A stretch of 64,000 nucleotides of DNA from Squalus acanthias (taxonomy: Eukaryota), in the NCBI GenBank assembly GCA_030390025.1, contig CM059432.1, positions 30,630,001-30,694,000 of the forward strand, written 5' to 3'. This document shows positions 9,530 to 21,029 of this stretch, one piece after another (position 1 is the first letter of the stretch; each line of letters starts with the position of its first letter). The position numbers and the translations under genes were made by a program. The notes beneath the pieces are model-generated. The model had not been told where the DNA came from and did no database searches. It saw nothing but the letters and a program-made list of their open reading frames with translations.

Positions 9530-12296
9530 TACAGGGGTATTCAGTATTTAGGAAGGATCGACAAAAAAGAAAGGGAGGAGGGGTAGCATTGCTGGTAAAA
9601 GAGGGGATAAATGCAATTGAAAGGAAGGATATTAACTCAGTTAATACAGAATCTATATGGGTGGAGCTAAGAAATAGCGAGGGGCGAAAAACATTAATAG
9701 GAGTGGTATATAGGCCTCCAAATAGTAAAACAGAGGTTGGGGAGGGCATCACGAGGGAAATTAGAGAAGCGTGCAATAAGAGCACAGCTGTCATCATAGG
9801 TGACTTTAACTTACATATAGATTGGACTAGCCTAATCAGTAAAAATAATGAGGAGGAGGAATTCCTTGAGTGTTTAAGGGATGGTTATCTGGATCAATAT
9901 GTCGAGGAACCAACTCGGGAACAGGCTATATTGGACTGGGTACTGTGCAATGAGAAGGGTCTAATTAGTAATCTTGTTGTACGGGGACCCTTGGGTCAGA
10001 GCGATCATAACATGATCGATTTCTCACTCGAAATGGAGAGCGAAGAAATTGACTCAGAGACTAAGGTCCTGAATTTAAACAAGGGGAATTATGATGCCAT
10101 TAGACGGGAACTGAGTAGGTCTGATTGGACAACGTTCCTGGGAGGACTGGAGGTAGATAAACAATGGCAAGCATTTAAAGATAGAATGACAAAATTGCAA
10201 AAATTGTTTATACCAATCTGGCATAAAAGGAAATCTAAAAAGGTGATTCAACCGTGGATAACAGGGGAAATTAGAGACAGCATAAAATCCAAAGATAGGG
10301 CGTATAAAATAGCCAAAAAAAGCGCCAGAGCGGAAGATTGGGAACAGTTTAAGATAGAGCAAAGGAGGACAAAGGGCTTAATCAAGAGGGGCAAAATAGC
10401 TTACGAAAGCAAGCTGGCGGAAAATATAAAAACTAACTCCAAAAGCTTTTATAAGTATATCAAGAGGAAAAGACTGGTGAAAACCAAAGTTGGCCCATTG
10501 CAGTCAGATACGGGGGAATATATAACGGGAAATAAGGAAATGGCAGACCAACTAAATGCATACTTTGGGTCAGTCTTTACGAAGGAAGACACAAAAAACC
10601 TCCCTGGGATATCGGGTAAAATAGGGACATTTGCAAAGGAGGGACTGACGCAAATCAATATCTCTAAGGATATGGTGTTAAGGAAGCTAAAGGGATTGAA
10701 GGCGGACAAATCCCCAGGGCCTGATAACATGCATCCTAGGGTGCTGAAGGAGGTGGCCCTAGAGATAGCGGATGCACTAAGTATGATTTTTCAGAATTCA
10801 TTAGACTCGGGAACAGTGCCCATGGATTGGAGGGTAGCTAACGTTACCCCACTATTCAAAAAGGGGGGTAGGGAAAAAGCAGGTAATTACAGACCTGTAA
10901 GCCATACATCAGTTGTGGGCAAAATGCTGGAGTCCATCATTAAGGATGAAATAGCGGAGCACTTAGCAAATGGGGACAGGATAGGACAGAGTCAACATGG
11001 ATTTACAAAGGGTAAATCGTGCTTGACTAATCTATTGGAATTTTTTGAGGGAGTAACTGGTAAAATAGATGGGGGAGAGCCAGTAGATGTGGTGTACCTG
11101 GACTTCCAAAAGGCCTTCGATAAGGTCCCACATAAAAGATTAGCAGGGAAAATTGAAGCTCATGGGATAAAGGGGAAAGTATTGACGTGGATAGAGAACT
11201 GGCTGTCAGATAGAAAACAGAGAGTTGGAATAAACGGCTCATTTTCGGAATGGCAGGCAGTAACAAGTGGGGTACCACAGGGATCTGTCCTGGGTCCCCA
11301 GCTGTTCACAATTTACATTAATGACCTGGATCAGGGAGTCGGATGCAGCATTTCCAAATTTGCAGACGACACTAAACTAGGAGGGGGGGTGGGCTCAGAG
11401 GAGGAGACCAGGAAGCTCCAGAGCGATTTGGACAGACTGGGTGATTGGGCGGATAAATGGCAGATGCACTATAATGTGGACAAGTGCGAAGTTATCCACC
11501 TTGGGTGCAGGAACGGGAGGGCAAATTATTATTTAAATGGCAATAAATTGGGAGAGGGGGAAGTACAGAGAGACCTGGGTGTTCTTGTACACCAGTCACT
11601 GAAGGCGAGCATGCAGGTGCAACAGGCGGTCAAGAAGGCAAACGGTATGCTGGCCTTCATAGCAAAAGGGTTGGAATACAGGAACAGGGATACCTTGCTG
11701 CAGCTGTACAGGGCACTGGTGAGACCACACCTCGAGTACTGTGTACAGTTTTGGTCGCCTCATCTGAGGAAAGATGTTCTTGCCATGGAGGGGGTGCAGC
11801 GGCGATTCACCAGGCTGATACCAGGAATGGCGGGATTGACCTATGAGGAGAGACTATGTAGTTTAGGGATGTACACACTGGAGTTTAGAAGATTGAGAGG
11901 GGACGTCATAGAAGTGTATAAAATTCTGACAGGTCTAGACAGACTAGATGCAGAAGGAATGTTTCCCTTGGCAGGTGAGAACAGAACTAGAGGACATAAT
12001 TTAAGGATAAGGGCTAAACCATTTAGGACAGAAATGAGGGGGAATTTCTTCACTCAGAGGGTGGTGAACCTGTGGAACTCATTGCCACAGAGGGCAGTGT
12101 ACGCCAGCTCATTAAATATATTTAAGAGGGAATTGGATATATTTCTACAGGCAAAAGGGGTTAAGGGTTACGGAGAGAAGGCGGGGACGGGATACTGAAT
12201 TGGAGGATCAGCCATGATCTCATTAAATGGCGGAGCAGGCTCGAAGGGCCGGATGGCCTACTCCTGCTCCTATCTTCTATGTATCTATGTATCTAT
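9530..12296 (+). mobile_element. Young 5'-truncated CR1 insertion with 6-bp TSD GTCACA
   Basis: GTCACA at 9524-9529 and 12297-12302. Begins inside the endonuclease (IQGYSVFRKDR) and ends in (TATCTATG)n. Confidence 0.93.
9589..12198 (+). CDS. CR1 ORF2 (APE endonuclease, N-truncated, plus reverse transcriptase), uninterrupted frame
   Basis: Motifs VYRPP, GDFN, SDHN, QHGF, YLDFQKAFDKVPH, GVPQGSVLGP, FADD. The first endonuclease motifs and native start are missing, so it is probably not translated. Confidence 0.85.
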   Translation: MLVKEGINAIERKDINSVNTESIWVELRNSEGRKTLIGVVYRPPNSKTEVGEGITREIREACNKSTAVIIGDFNLHIDWTSLISKNNEEEEFLECLRDGYLDQYVEEPTREQAILDWVLCNEKGLISNLVVRGPLGQSDHNMIDFSLEMESEEIDSETKVLNLNKGNYDAIRRELSRSDWTTFLGGLEVDKQWQAFKDRMTKLQKLFIPIWHKRKSKKVIQPWITGEIRDSIKSKDRAYKIAKKSARAEDWEQFKIEQRRTKGLIKRGKIAYESKLAENIKTNSKSFYKYIKRKRLVKTKVGPLQSDTGEYITGNKEMADQLNAYFGSVFTKEDTKNLPGISGKIGTFAKEGLTQINISKDMVLRKLKGLKADKSPGPDNMHPRVLKEVALEIADALSMIFQNSLDSGTVPMDWRVANVTPLFKKGGREKAGNYRPVSHTSVVGKMLESIIKDEIAEHLANGDRIGQSQHGFTKGKSCLTNLLEFFEGVTGKIDGGEPVDVVYLDFQKAFDKVPHKRLAGKIEAHGIKGKVLTWIENWLSDRKQRVGINGSFSEWQAVTSGVPQGSVLGPQLFTIYINDLDQGVGCSISKFADDTKLGGGVGSEEETRKLQSDLDRLGDWADKWQMHYNVDKCEVIHLGCRNGRANYYLNGNKLGEGEVQRDLGVLVHQSLKASMQVQQAVKKANGMLAFIAKGLEYRNRDTLLQLYRALVRPHLEYCVQFWSPHLRKDVLAMEGVQRRFTRLIPGMAGLTYEERLCSLGMYTLEFRRLRGDVIEVYKILTGLDRLDAEGMFPLAGENRTRGHNLRIRAKPFRTEMRGNFFTQRVVNLWNSLPQRAVYASSLNIFKRELDIFLQAKGVKGYGEKAGTGY

Positions 12297-12463
12297 GTCA
12301 CAGGAAAGCAGGTAAGTGATTGGCTGGTGAGTATTCCTCTATTTCTCTTTTTTTCTAAACTTGGGCATTGGTTCAAAGTGGGAGCCGTGATTACAGATTA
12401 AAAGCTATACATAGATCATTGAAATTTCAAAACTTGAAAACCTAATTAAATAAAATACATTAG

Positions 12464-13300
12464 ATGGCAGGACAGGCGATGTGTTGCAGCTGCAGCATGT
12501 GGGAGCTGGTGGAACCCAGTGTGATCCACAGCGACCACACCTGCACTAAGTGTTGGCTGCTCCAGGAACTTCGGCTCAGAGTTGATGAGCTGGAGTCCGA
12601 GCTTCAGACACTGCGATACATCAGGGAGGGGCCGAGTTACCTGGACACTGTGTTCCAGGAGGCAGTCACACCCCTTTGGTTAAATACTTCAAATTTGGTC
12701 TGTAGTCAGGGACAGGAGGGTGTGACTATGAGTGAGGCAGGTATGGGGATCCAGAAGGTAACATTGGAGGAGCCTCAGCCCTTGCAATTGTCCAATAGGT
12801 ATGAGGTTCTTACTGTGGGGGGAGTAAAAAGAAATCTAGTAGTGGTAGTGATACTGTTCTCTGCAGCTGAGAGCATGAGACCCGAAGGCTGTGTTGCCTG
12901 CCTGGTGCCAGGGTTAAGGACATCTCCTCTGGGCTGGAGAGGAACTTAGAGTGAGAGGGGAAAGATTCAGTTGTCGTGGTCCGCGTAGGTACCAATGACA
13001 TAGGTAGGACAAAGAAAGAGGTTCTGCTGAGGGAGTATGAGCAGCTAGGGGCTAAATTAAAAAGCAGAACCACAAAGGTAATAATCTCTGGATTACTACC
13101 TGAGCCACGAGCAAATTTGCATAGGGTAAATAAGATCTCAAAGATTGGTGTGGGAGAAATGGGTTTCGATTCATGGGGCACTGGCACCAGTACTGGGGAA
13201 AGAGAGAGTTGTTCTGTTGGGATGGGCTTCACTTGAATCCTGCTGGTTCTAGTGTCCTGGCGAATCGAATAACTAGGGCTATAGATAGGGCTTTAAACTA
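12464..13300 (+). pseudogene. CR1 ORF1 (zinc finger, coiled coil, SGNH esterase), disrupted
   Basis: CCSCSMWE...HTCTKC, LQELRLRVDELESELQTL and VGTND. Has deletions and frameshifts relative to 43712-44395. Confidence 0.85.
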
Positions 13301-13368
13301 AATAGTGGGGGGGGAAGGGTTCAGGTGAGCGGAAATTTTAAAAGTCAAAGAGAAAGGAGAAGGCAATA

Positions 13369-16297
13369 GTGCAGGGTAGCGATAGGGGTAATGATAACCA
13401 GAGTGTGACAGGAAGGGACACAACGTATAAACATAAGAATGCATCAGAAAGTGGTGTCAGAGTAGGCAAAAATGGTAAAAAGACAAAATTAAAAGCTCTT
13501 TATCTGACTGCACGCAGCATTCGTAACAAGATGGATGAGTTGTCGGCACAAATAGAAATAAATGGGTATGATCTGATAGCCATTACAGAGAGGTGGTTGC
13601 AAGGTTACCAAGGCTGGGAACTGAATATTCAAGGGTATTTGACATTTCAGAAGGATAGGCAGAAAGGAAAAGGAGGTGGGGTAGCTCCGTTAATAAAGGA
13701 TGAGATCAGTGCAGGAGTGAGAAATGATATTGGCTCAGAAGATCAAGATGTAGAATCAGTTTGGGTGGAGATAAGAAATAATAAGGGAAAGAAGTCACTG
13801 GTGGGAGTAGTCTATAGGCCCCCTAACAGTGGCTACACTGTAGGACAGAGCATAAATCAAGAAATAATGGAGGCTTGTAAAAAAAGGTACTGCAATAATC
13901 ATGGGCGATTTTAATCTTCATATTGATTGGACAAATCAAATTGGCCAAGGTAGCCTTGAGGAAGAGTTCATAGTGTATATTTGGGATGGTTTCTTAGAAC
14001 AATATGTTGTGGAACCAACCAGGGAGCAGGTGACCATAGATGTGGTACTCTGTAATGAGACAGGGTTAATTAATGATCTCATAGTAAAGGATCCTCCAGG
14101 AAAGAGTGATCATATCATGATAGAATTTCAAATTCAGTTTGAGGGTGAGAAAGTTGGGTCTCAAACCAGTGTCCTGAACTTAAATAAAGGCATTTACAAA
14201 GGTATGAAGGCAGAGTTGGCTAAAGTTGACTGGGAAAATAGATTAAAGGGTAAGATGGTAGATAAGCAGTGGCAGACATTTAAGGAAATATTTCATAACT
14301 CTCAGCAAAGATATATTCCAGTGAGAAGGAAAGACTCTAAGAGAAGGATGAACCATCTGTGGCTAACTAAGGAAGTAAAGGATGGCATCAAATTGAAAAC
14401 AAAGGCATACAATGTTGCAAAGATTAGTGGCAGGCCAGAAGATTGCGAACTGTTTAGAAACCAGCAAAGGATGACTAAAAAAATAATAAACAGAGAGAAG
14501 ATAGATTATGAGAGTAAACTAGCAAGAAGTATAAAAACAGACAGTAAGATCTTCTACAGGTATATAAAAAGGAAGAGAGTAGCTAAAGTAAACGTTGGTC
14601 CCTTAGAGGATGAGACTGGGGAATTAATACTGGGAAAGAGGGAAATGGCAGAGACTGAATAAATATTTTGTATCGGTCTTCACGGTAGAAGACACTAAAA
14701 GCATCCCAATAATAGATAATCAAGGGGCTACAGGGAGGGGGGATCTTAAAACAATCACTATCACTAGAGAAAAAGTACATGGTAAAATAATGGGACTAAA
14801 GGTGGACAAGTCCCCTGGACCTGATGGTCTGCATCCTAGGGTCTTAAAATAAATGGCTGCAGAGATAGTGGATGCATTGTTTGCAATCTACCAAAATTCC
14901 CTGGATTCTGGAGAGGTCCCAGCGGATTGGAAAACCGCAAATATAACGCCCCTATTTAAGAAAGGAGGGAGACAGAAAGCAGGAAACTATAGACCAGTTA
15001 GCCTAACATCTGTCATTGGGAAAATGCTGGAGTCTATTATTAAGGAAGTAGTAGCAGGACATTTAGAAAATCATAATACAGTCAAGCAGAGTCAGCAGGT
15101 TTTATGAAAGGGAAATCATGTTTGACAAATTTGCTGGCATTCTTTGAGGATGTAACGAGCAGGGTGAATAAAGGGGAACCAGTAGGTGTAGTGTATTTGG
15201 ATTTCCAGAAGGCATTCGATAAGGTTCCACATAAAAGGTTACTGCACAAGATAAGAGTTCATGGGGTTGGGGGTAATATGTTAGCATGGATAGAGGATTG
15301 GCTAACTAACAGGAAACAGAGGGTCAGGATAAATGGGTCATTTTCTGTTTGGCAAACTGTAACTAGTGTGGTGCCACAGGGATCAGTGCTGGGGCCTCAA
15401 CTATTTACAATCTATATTAACGACTTGGATGAAGGGACTGAGTGTAATGTAGCCAAATTTGCTGATGATACAAAAATAGATGGGAAAGCAAGTTGTGAGG
15501 AGGACACAAAGAATCTGCAAAGTGATATAGATAGGCTAAGTGAGTGGGCAAAAATTCGACAGATGGGGTATAATGTGGGAAAATGTGAGGTTATCCACTT
15601 TGGTAGGAAAAATAAAAAAACAAATTATTATTTAAATGGAGAGAGATTACAAAATGCTGCAGTACAAAGGGATCTGGGGATCCTTGTATATGAAACACAA
15701 GAAGTTAGCATGCAGGTACAGCAAGTAATTAGGAAGCCAAATGGAATGTTGGCCTTTATTGCAAGGGGGATGGAGTATAAAAGTAGGAAAGTCCTGCTAC
15801 AACTGTAAAGGGTATTGGTGAGACCACACCTGGAGTACTGCATACAGTTTTGGTCTCCTTATTTAAGGAGAGATATACTTGCATTGGAGGCAGTTCAGAG
15901 AAGGTTCATGAGGTTGATTCCTGAGATGAAGGGGCTGGCTTATGAAGAAAGATTGAGCAGGTTGGGCCTATACTCATTGGAGTTTTGAAGAATGAAAGGT
16001 GATCTTATTGAAACATATAAGATGCTGAGGGGGCTCGACAAGGTAGATGCAGAGAGGATGTTTCCCCTCATGGGGGAATCTAGAACTAGGGGGCATAGTT
16101 TCAGAATAAGGGGTCGCCCATTTAAAACTGAGATGAGGAGGAATTTCTTCTCTCAAAGGGTCGTGAATCTTTGGAATTCTCTACCCCAGAGAGCCGTGGA
16201 GGCTGGGTTATTGAATATATTTAAGATGGAGATAGACAGATTTTTGAACGATAAGGGAGTCAAGGGTTATGGGGAGTGGGCAGGGAAGTGGAGATGA
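13369..16297 (+). pseudogene. CR1 ORF2, frameshifted with premature stops
   Basis: Endonuclease and RT motifs are spread over ORFs starting at 13369, 13901, 14853, 15104 and 15992. Confidence 0.92.
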
Positions 16298-18037
16298 GGC
16301 CAAGATTAGATCAGCCATGATCTTATCGAATGGCGGAGCAGGCTCGAGGGGCCAAATGGCCTACTCCTGCTCCGATTTCTTATGTTCTCATGTTCTAATC
16401 CCATTAAGATACATCGGGGTCGATCTTAGTAACCAATGCATGTCAGGCATGTGGAGGATGAGGTCAGCGGGAGGCCTGATCCATGTTCATGGTTGGAGGT
16501 GGGGGTGGGAAAGGAATCCAGCAGCTCCTCCATGGATCCATCCGGAATTCCTCATTAAATGAGGTGCGGGCTGGGGGTGACAATCCTGTAAAGGGACCAT
16601 GGAAGAGCTGGCAGCTGGTAAGAAGACTTTAATGGGGCCAAGAGGAGTATAAAGCTTTTTTGCAAATTTATTTGGTAGCGGCCTGCAATGGTCCCTTTTA
16701 AGGTCCACTTGTTTGGCTACTCTATGCTCAGTTCCATTGGGTGGAGCGCGCGCAGCCAGTGGCAGGCCTAACACGTCTTAGGACTACAATTAAAATATAC
16801 TATAGAGGCTTGCGCAATTTCAGACAGGAGCATTGGCCGTCTAAATCGAGGTCCACTCCAAAATCGAACCAGTTGGGCCTTGGGCAGCAAGTGAGCAGTA
16901 AGTTTATTTTTTTATTTACATTTGAAGCTCACTACTGCCACGTTCACGCTTGATGCTTTTTGGCGAATTGCTGGGGCTATAAATTTCTTAAAAGAAAATA
17001 GTTGAACATAATTGATTTGGTTTCTGTGTTTGAAAGCAGCTTACTGATTCACTTGGGATTGCTGCTTTTTTTATTTTCATGTGGTATTCAGCTTAATATT
17101 TTGAGACTGAAATGAAATGTAATGTTTGATTTATTTATCGCTCATTCACCATCCACTGAAAATATCCATTCAATGTGAAGCTGTTCTCAACAAGGCACCT
17201 TAAGGGCATTTGATCAAATGTCAAAACTAATTTATCATAACATTGTACAGATAACTGGCAATGGCGCATTTGGAATACTGTTGTGTAACTTTGGGCTCCG
17301 TAACTTCAACAGAACGTTAACGTTTTACAGAGGAGTCAGAGAAGAGCATCAAAGGTAATCCCAAGACAGAGCCATAAGTGATGAAGAGGGCCCCCAAATT
17401 GGAACTTTTCACCAGAGAAGCAAGATCTTGGGTTAACTTTCATCTGGTGGTGCATTGCTTACCACAGTCATATAAAGTTCCCATGTGTGCTATTTTAACA
17501 CAGTCGCTTACCTATTTGGTTACCAACTGCATTAAAGTAGCACACAAAGGAATTTTAAATAAATATGTTAAGGGGTATGATACCAGAGGAAATGAAACCT
17601 CAGCAAGGATATAGGAACATAGGAATCGCTGGACAAAAAAGACCAAGGTCCATCTAGTGCACCAATTAACATTGTTAGGAGATGTTAATGAGGTATTTTC
17701 ATTAAATGTACTTAGGTTTAAATTTAACATCTCCAGCATGGGTTTCCCGGGGCTCGGGTAACTGACCAGTGAAACAGACACAAGATTGAGTGGCTGTTCA
17801 GGTGGTTATTTAAACTTGTGATTGCCCCATCTGAATAAAACTTCATTTATTACAGCTGGTGTCTCAGTTCCTTCCTGAGAAAGTTCTTGTGTGGATACAG
17901 CTTTTTCTAAACTTTGGAGGCTTTGAAATTGACAAAATCTGGATGGGACACGCATTGGATGTGTTTGACAGCACATTAGAAGAGAAAGACCATCACTATC
18001 CACGGCAGCAATGACGTGCTGTGGTGGGATCAGCATA

Positions 18038-18188
18038 TGCACAGGAGGGAAGAGCACAGGAGGGAAGTGCACAGGAGGGAGGTACACAGGAGAGAGGTGC
18101 ACAGGAGGGAGGTACACAGGAGGGAGGTACACAGGAGGGAGGTGCACAGGAGGGAGGTGCACAGGAAGGAGGTACACAGGAGGGAGGT
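18038..18188 (+). repeat. 15-bp minisatellite (consensus CACAGGAGGGAGGTR), about 10 copies
   Basis: Directly visible tandem repeat. Confidence 0.95.
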
Positions 18189-18228
18189 CAAGGCCGCAGG
18201 AGTCACTACCCATGCCACAAGGTTTATA

Positions 18229-18362
18229 TTGTGGAGATGCCGGCGTTGGACTGGGGTGGACAAAAATGAGAAGTCGCACAACACCAGGTTATAGTCCAAC
18301 AGATTTATTTAATTTTACAAGCTTTCGAAGCAGTTCGCTCCTTCATCAGGTAAGTTAGCAAT
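18229..18362 (-). mobile_element. Tiny Penelope-terminus insertion (family 2) with 7-bp TSD GTTTATA
   Basis: GTTTATA at 18222-18228 and 18363-18369. Removing the insert restores transposase YPCHKVY|RQRLSFHDL. Sequence is shared with 50194-50287. Confidence 0.75.
18315..18353 (-). ncRNA. Minimal type I hammerhead ribozyme with intact core
   Basis: Minus strand reads TTAC-CTGATGA-A-GGAGC-GAACT-GCTTC-GAAA-GCTT-GTAA. Stem I TTAC/GTAA, stem II GGAGC/GCTTC (one G-U pair), palindromic AGCT stem III. Confidence 0.75.
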
Positions 18363-19983
18363 GTTTATAGACAGAGGCTCAGCTTCCATGACCTCAGGTC
18401 AATAGTGCTTCCATAGGCTGAGGTTGTCACTTCAGGTGGTGGTAGACATCTGCAACCTCCTAGAAGAAGACCTGCTGGACCTGGCAACCATTACCCTCAA
18501 TTTTTTTGCCTCTGGTTCCTTCCAGGGCGCTACCGGAGACATTCTGAGGGTCTCGCAGTCCGCTGCACATAAGTGCATAAGGCAGGTGACGGATGGATTG
18601 TTTGCCAGGGCTGGGAGTTATGTAAACTTCCTCTGTGATGACAATAGCCAGAATTAGCGGACATTCCAATTCGCAGCCTTGGCTGGATTCCCAAAGGTAT
18701 AGGGTGCCATCGATTGCACACATGTGGCAGTCTGAGCACTACCACAGCAGCTAGGAGTTTTTATAAACCGCAAGAGATATTCAACCATCAAAGCACAGCT
18801 GGTGTGCAACCACCAAGAAAATGTTTGTGCAGGTCTGCGCCAGATTCCCTGGGAGCTGTCATGATGCATTCATACTGCAGCAGTCCAACATGCTAGACCT
18901 TTTCTTTCCAGAAAGCATGCTTAAGTGCTACTCTTAGGAGACAAGGGATACACCCTTCAAACTTGGCTCATAACACCTGTGATGAACCCCACCAATGAGG
19001 CGCAGGAGCGCTACAACAGGACCACCAGATGTGTCATAGAGTAAGCCATCGAAATGTTGAAAGTGTGCTTCAGGTGCCTAGATAGGTTTGGAGGTGCATT
19101 TCAGTACTCACCAGCGAGAGTGTCCAGAATAATAGTGGTGTGCTGCATCCTGCACAACATTGCACAGCAGAGAGGATTGCAGGTGGAGAAGGATGAAGGG
19201 GCATATCATGCATCTCCAGATGAGGAGAACATAAAGGAGGAGGAGGAGGAGGAGGAGGAGGAAGACGGGGCACCCATTGACAGACCAGCCACTTACATTG
19301 CTGCCCGGGATGCCATAATATCACGAAGGTTCACCTAGTGTTGACTCACACAGCAAAAATAAGAGGTGAAATCCTGCAGTCCTCTCCCACCACCAGAACC
19401 ACCTCCAACCCCTCCCTTTGCATTAAACAGTCCTTCAACCACTAATCCACCCATTGCCCGTCTGCCCAATGGGTCTCATCATGTATTGACATTTATCATG
19501 AAACAAGGTCAAGTTGGTACTCGGGATGTAATAATGGTCAAGACTTGAAAGTGGTGCTAATCAATACATTTTATTTGGCATTATAGAAAAAGGAAAACTT
19601 AACAACGATACAGACCGGTGAGTGAGTGACGGTCAGGTATTCACCCCAGGCGTGGTTGGCGATAGCGGAGGAGGTGAGCAGCAGGAGCATTGTGCCCAGG
19701 TCTTGGTTGCAATGCAGGAAGTGGTTTAATGACCTAATCTGTTTAATGCAGTGCATTCAGTGAGGGTGACTATGAGACAGATGCATCACCTTGCATAAGG
19801 ACTGGGATAAGTGGCAATGGTGGCTAGATAAATGGGGAGGTGATAAAGTGCACAGAAAGTGAAGGCTGGGTGCTGCTGAAAGTTGAGTGGGTGTGAGGAG
19901 TGATGCGATGGAGAATGCTTGGCAAGACAGAGTGAAAGGGATTGGGGGCTTAACCCAAAGGATGTAGGTGAATCAGCAAAGGT

Positions 19984-20232
19984 ACTCACTCTTCCTGACC
20001 TGGTTAGGTCATTAAACTGCTTCCTGCATTGCAACCATGACCTAGGCACCATGCTCCTGCTGCTTACCTCCTCAGCTACCTCCAACCCCACCTTCTTGGT
20101 GAGAGCTGCAGGTTTCTTCCACACATTGCTGCGGGAAAGTATGTCCCTCCTGCTCTTGACTGCACACAGCAGTAATTCCAGCGATGCAGCATTGAATCTG
20201 GGTGCTGCCCTCGCTCTATGTGCACTATTCAT
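19984..20232 (-). pseudogene. Harbinger Myb/SANT-like DNA-binding protein, first exon
   Basis: RARAAPRFNAASLELLLCAVKSRRDIL...EVAEEVSSRSMVPRSWLQCRKQFNDLTRSGR, followed by a GTGAGT donor. Convergent with the transposase, as in Harbinger elements. Confidence 0.85.
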
Positions 20233-21029
20233 TGTGATCACTTCCAATTTCCATTTATGCATTGTCCCTTTAAATACTGAGATCGCGTCAAGAGGGTGCA
20301 CATCACATCTGCTGTGCAGCTTGGAGTCACAAATTCCAACAGTAAAAAACTAATTGCTTCAACGCAGTTGCGATTGCAGATTCCAACCCACTGATGTGAC
20401 TTCCAGGTTTCGCCCATGCAATTCCACCCCTCCCCACTTGGAAGCTGCCCTCAGATTAGTATCGGTGCCATTGTTTCCGCAGATTATTTTTGAATTTACC
20501 CTCCTTCAAGATCAGGCTGTGTCCTCTGGTTCTACTGTTTTGGACAAGATGAAATAACTTTTCATGATATACGTTATCTAGTCACTTTAGAATCGGAAAA
20601 ATAGCAATTATATCACCTCTCAACCTTTTCTTTTCCAGTGAGAATGTGCCCAATTAGCTCCTCATAATCCAATCCCTCAATCCCTTAAATTATTCTGGAT
20701 ATATGGTCTTTTAAAATTCGAATCCACAGAAATGTAGCTGCAAGTTGATTATTCAAAGGAGGAGGAGAGTTTAGGGATTAAAGTACTCCTCCAATATCAA
20801 TTTAAAAATAAATATCTATGTGTACATATAACGAAGTCTTGTGTATAGCATACCCATCACACCTCAAACTTCATACTTGAAAGTGCGACACCTGCAAAAT
20901 TATGTCACCCTTGCATCTGATTAGCTCAAGTATCATATTCATAAAACAGCAACAAATCACGATGAAATGATCTTAAAAATAAGAAAAAGAAAGCCAGACA
21001 TTTCTTATTGGGTTCAGATGGCATGGATA

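Larger units (their letters stand above)
5596..16395 (+). mobile_element. Near full-length decayed CR1 LINE (5' UTR, ORF1, ORF2, 3' UTR) interrupted by a younger CR1
   Basis: The leader ...AAGTGTGACGTCACA at 9529 resumes as GTCACAGGAAAGCAGG at 12297. ORF1 starts at 12464, ORF2 pieces span 13369-16297, and a CR1 3' UTR runs to ~16395. The 5' boundary is inferred. Confidence 0.8.
17943..19338 (+). pseudogene. PIF/Harbinger DDE transposase (HARBI1-like), disrupted
   Basis: Motifs [63 protein letters not shown] and CCILHN, plus an acidic tail. Multiple stops and frameshifts. Confidence 0.9.

Noticed and set aside
17251..17354. Apparent + strand exon (TACAG...AAG|GTAATC, open frame ITGNGAFGILL...)
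   Set aside because: The sequence is a decayed CR1 LY..L...HLEYC..WAP segment, so the splice signals are probably coincidental.
18011..18358. Repetitive ORFs (RREVH, TGGRY, VHLPP) and a CRISPR-like appearance
   Set aside because: Contiguous 15-bp minisatellite with no spacers, no cas genes and a eukaryotic context.
18424..20301. Domesticated host HARBI1 or NAIF1/MSANTD genes
   Set aside because: Multiple stops and frameshifts plus the convergent two-gene layout indicate a dead transposon.
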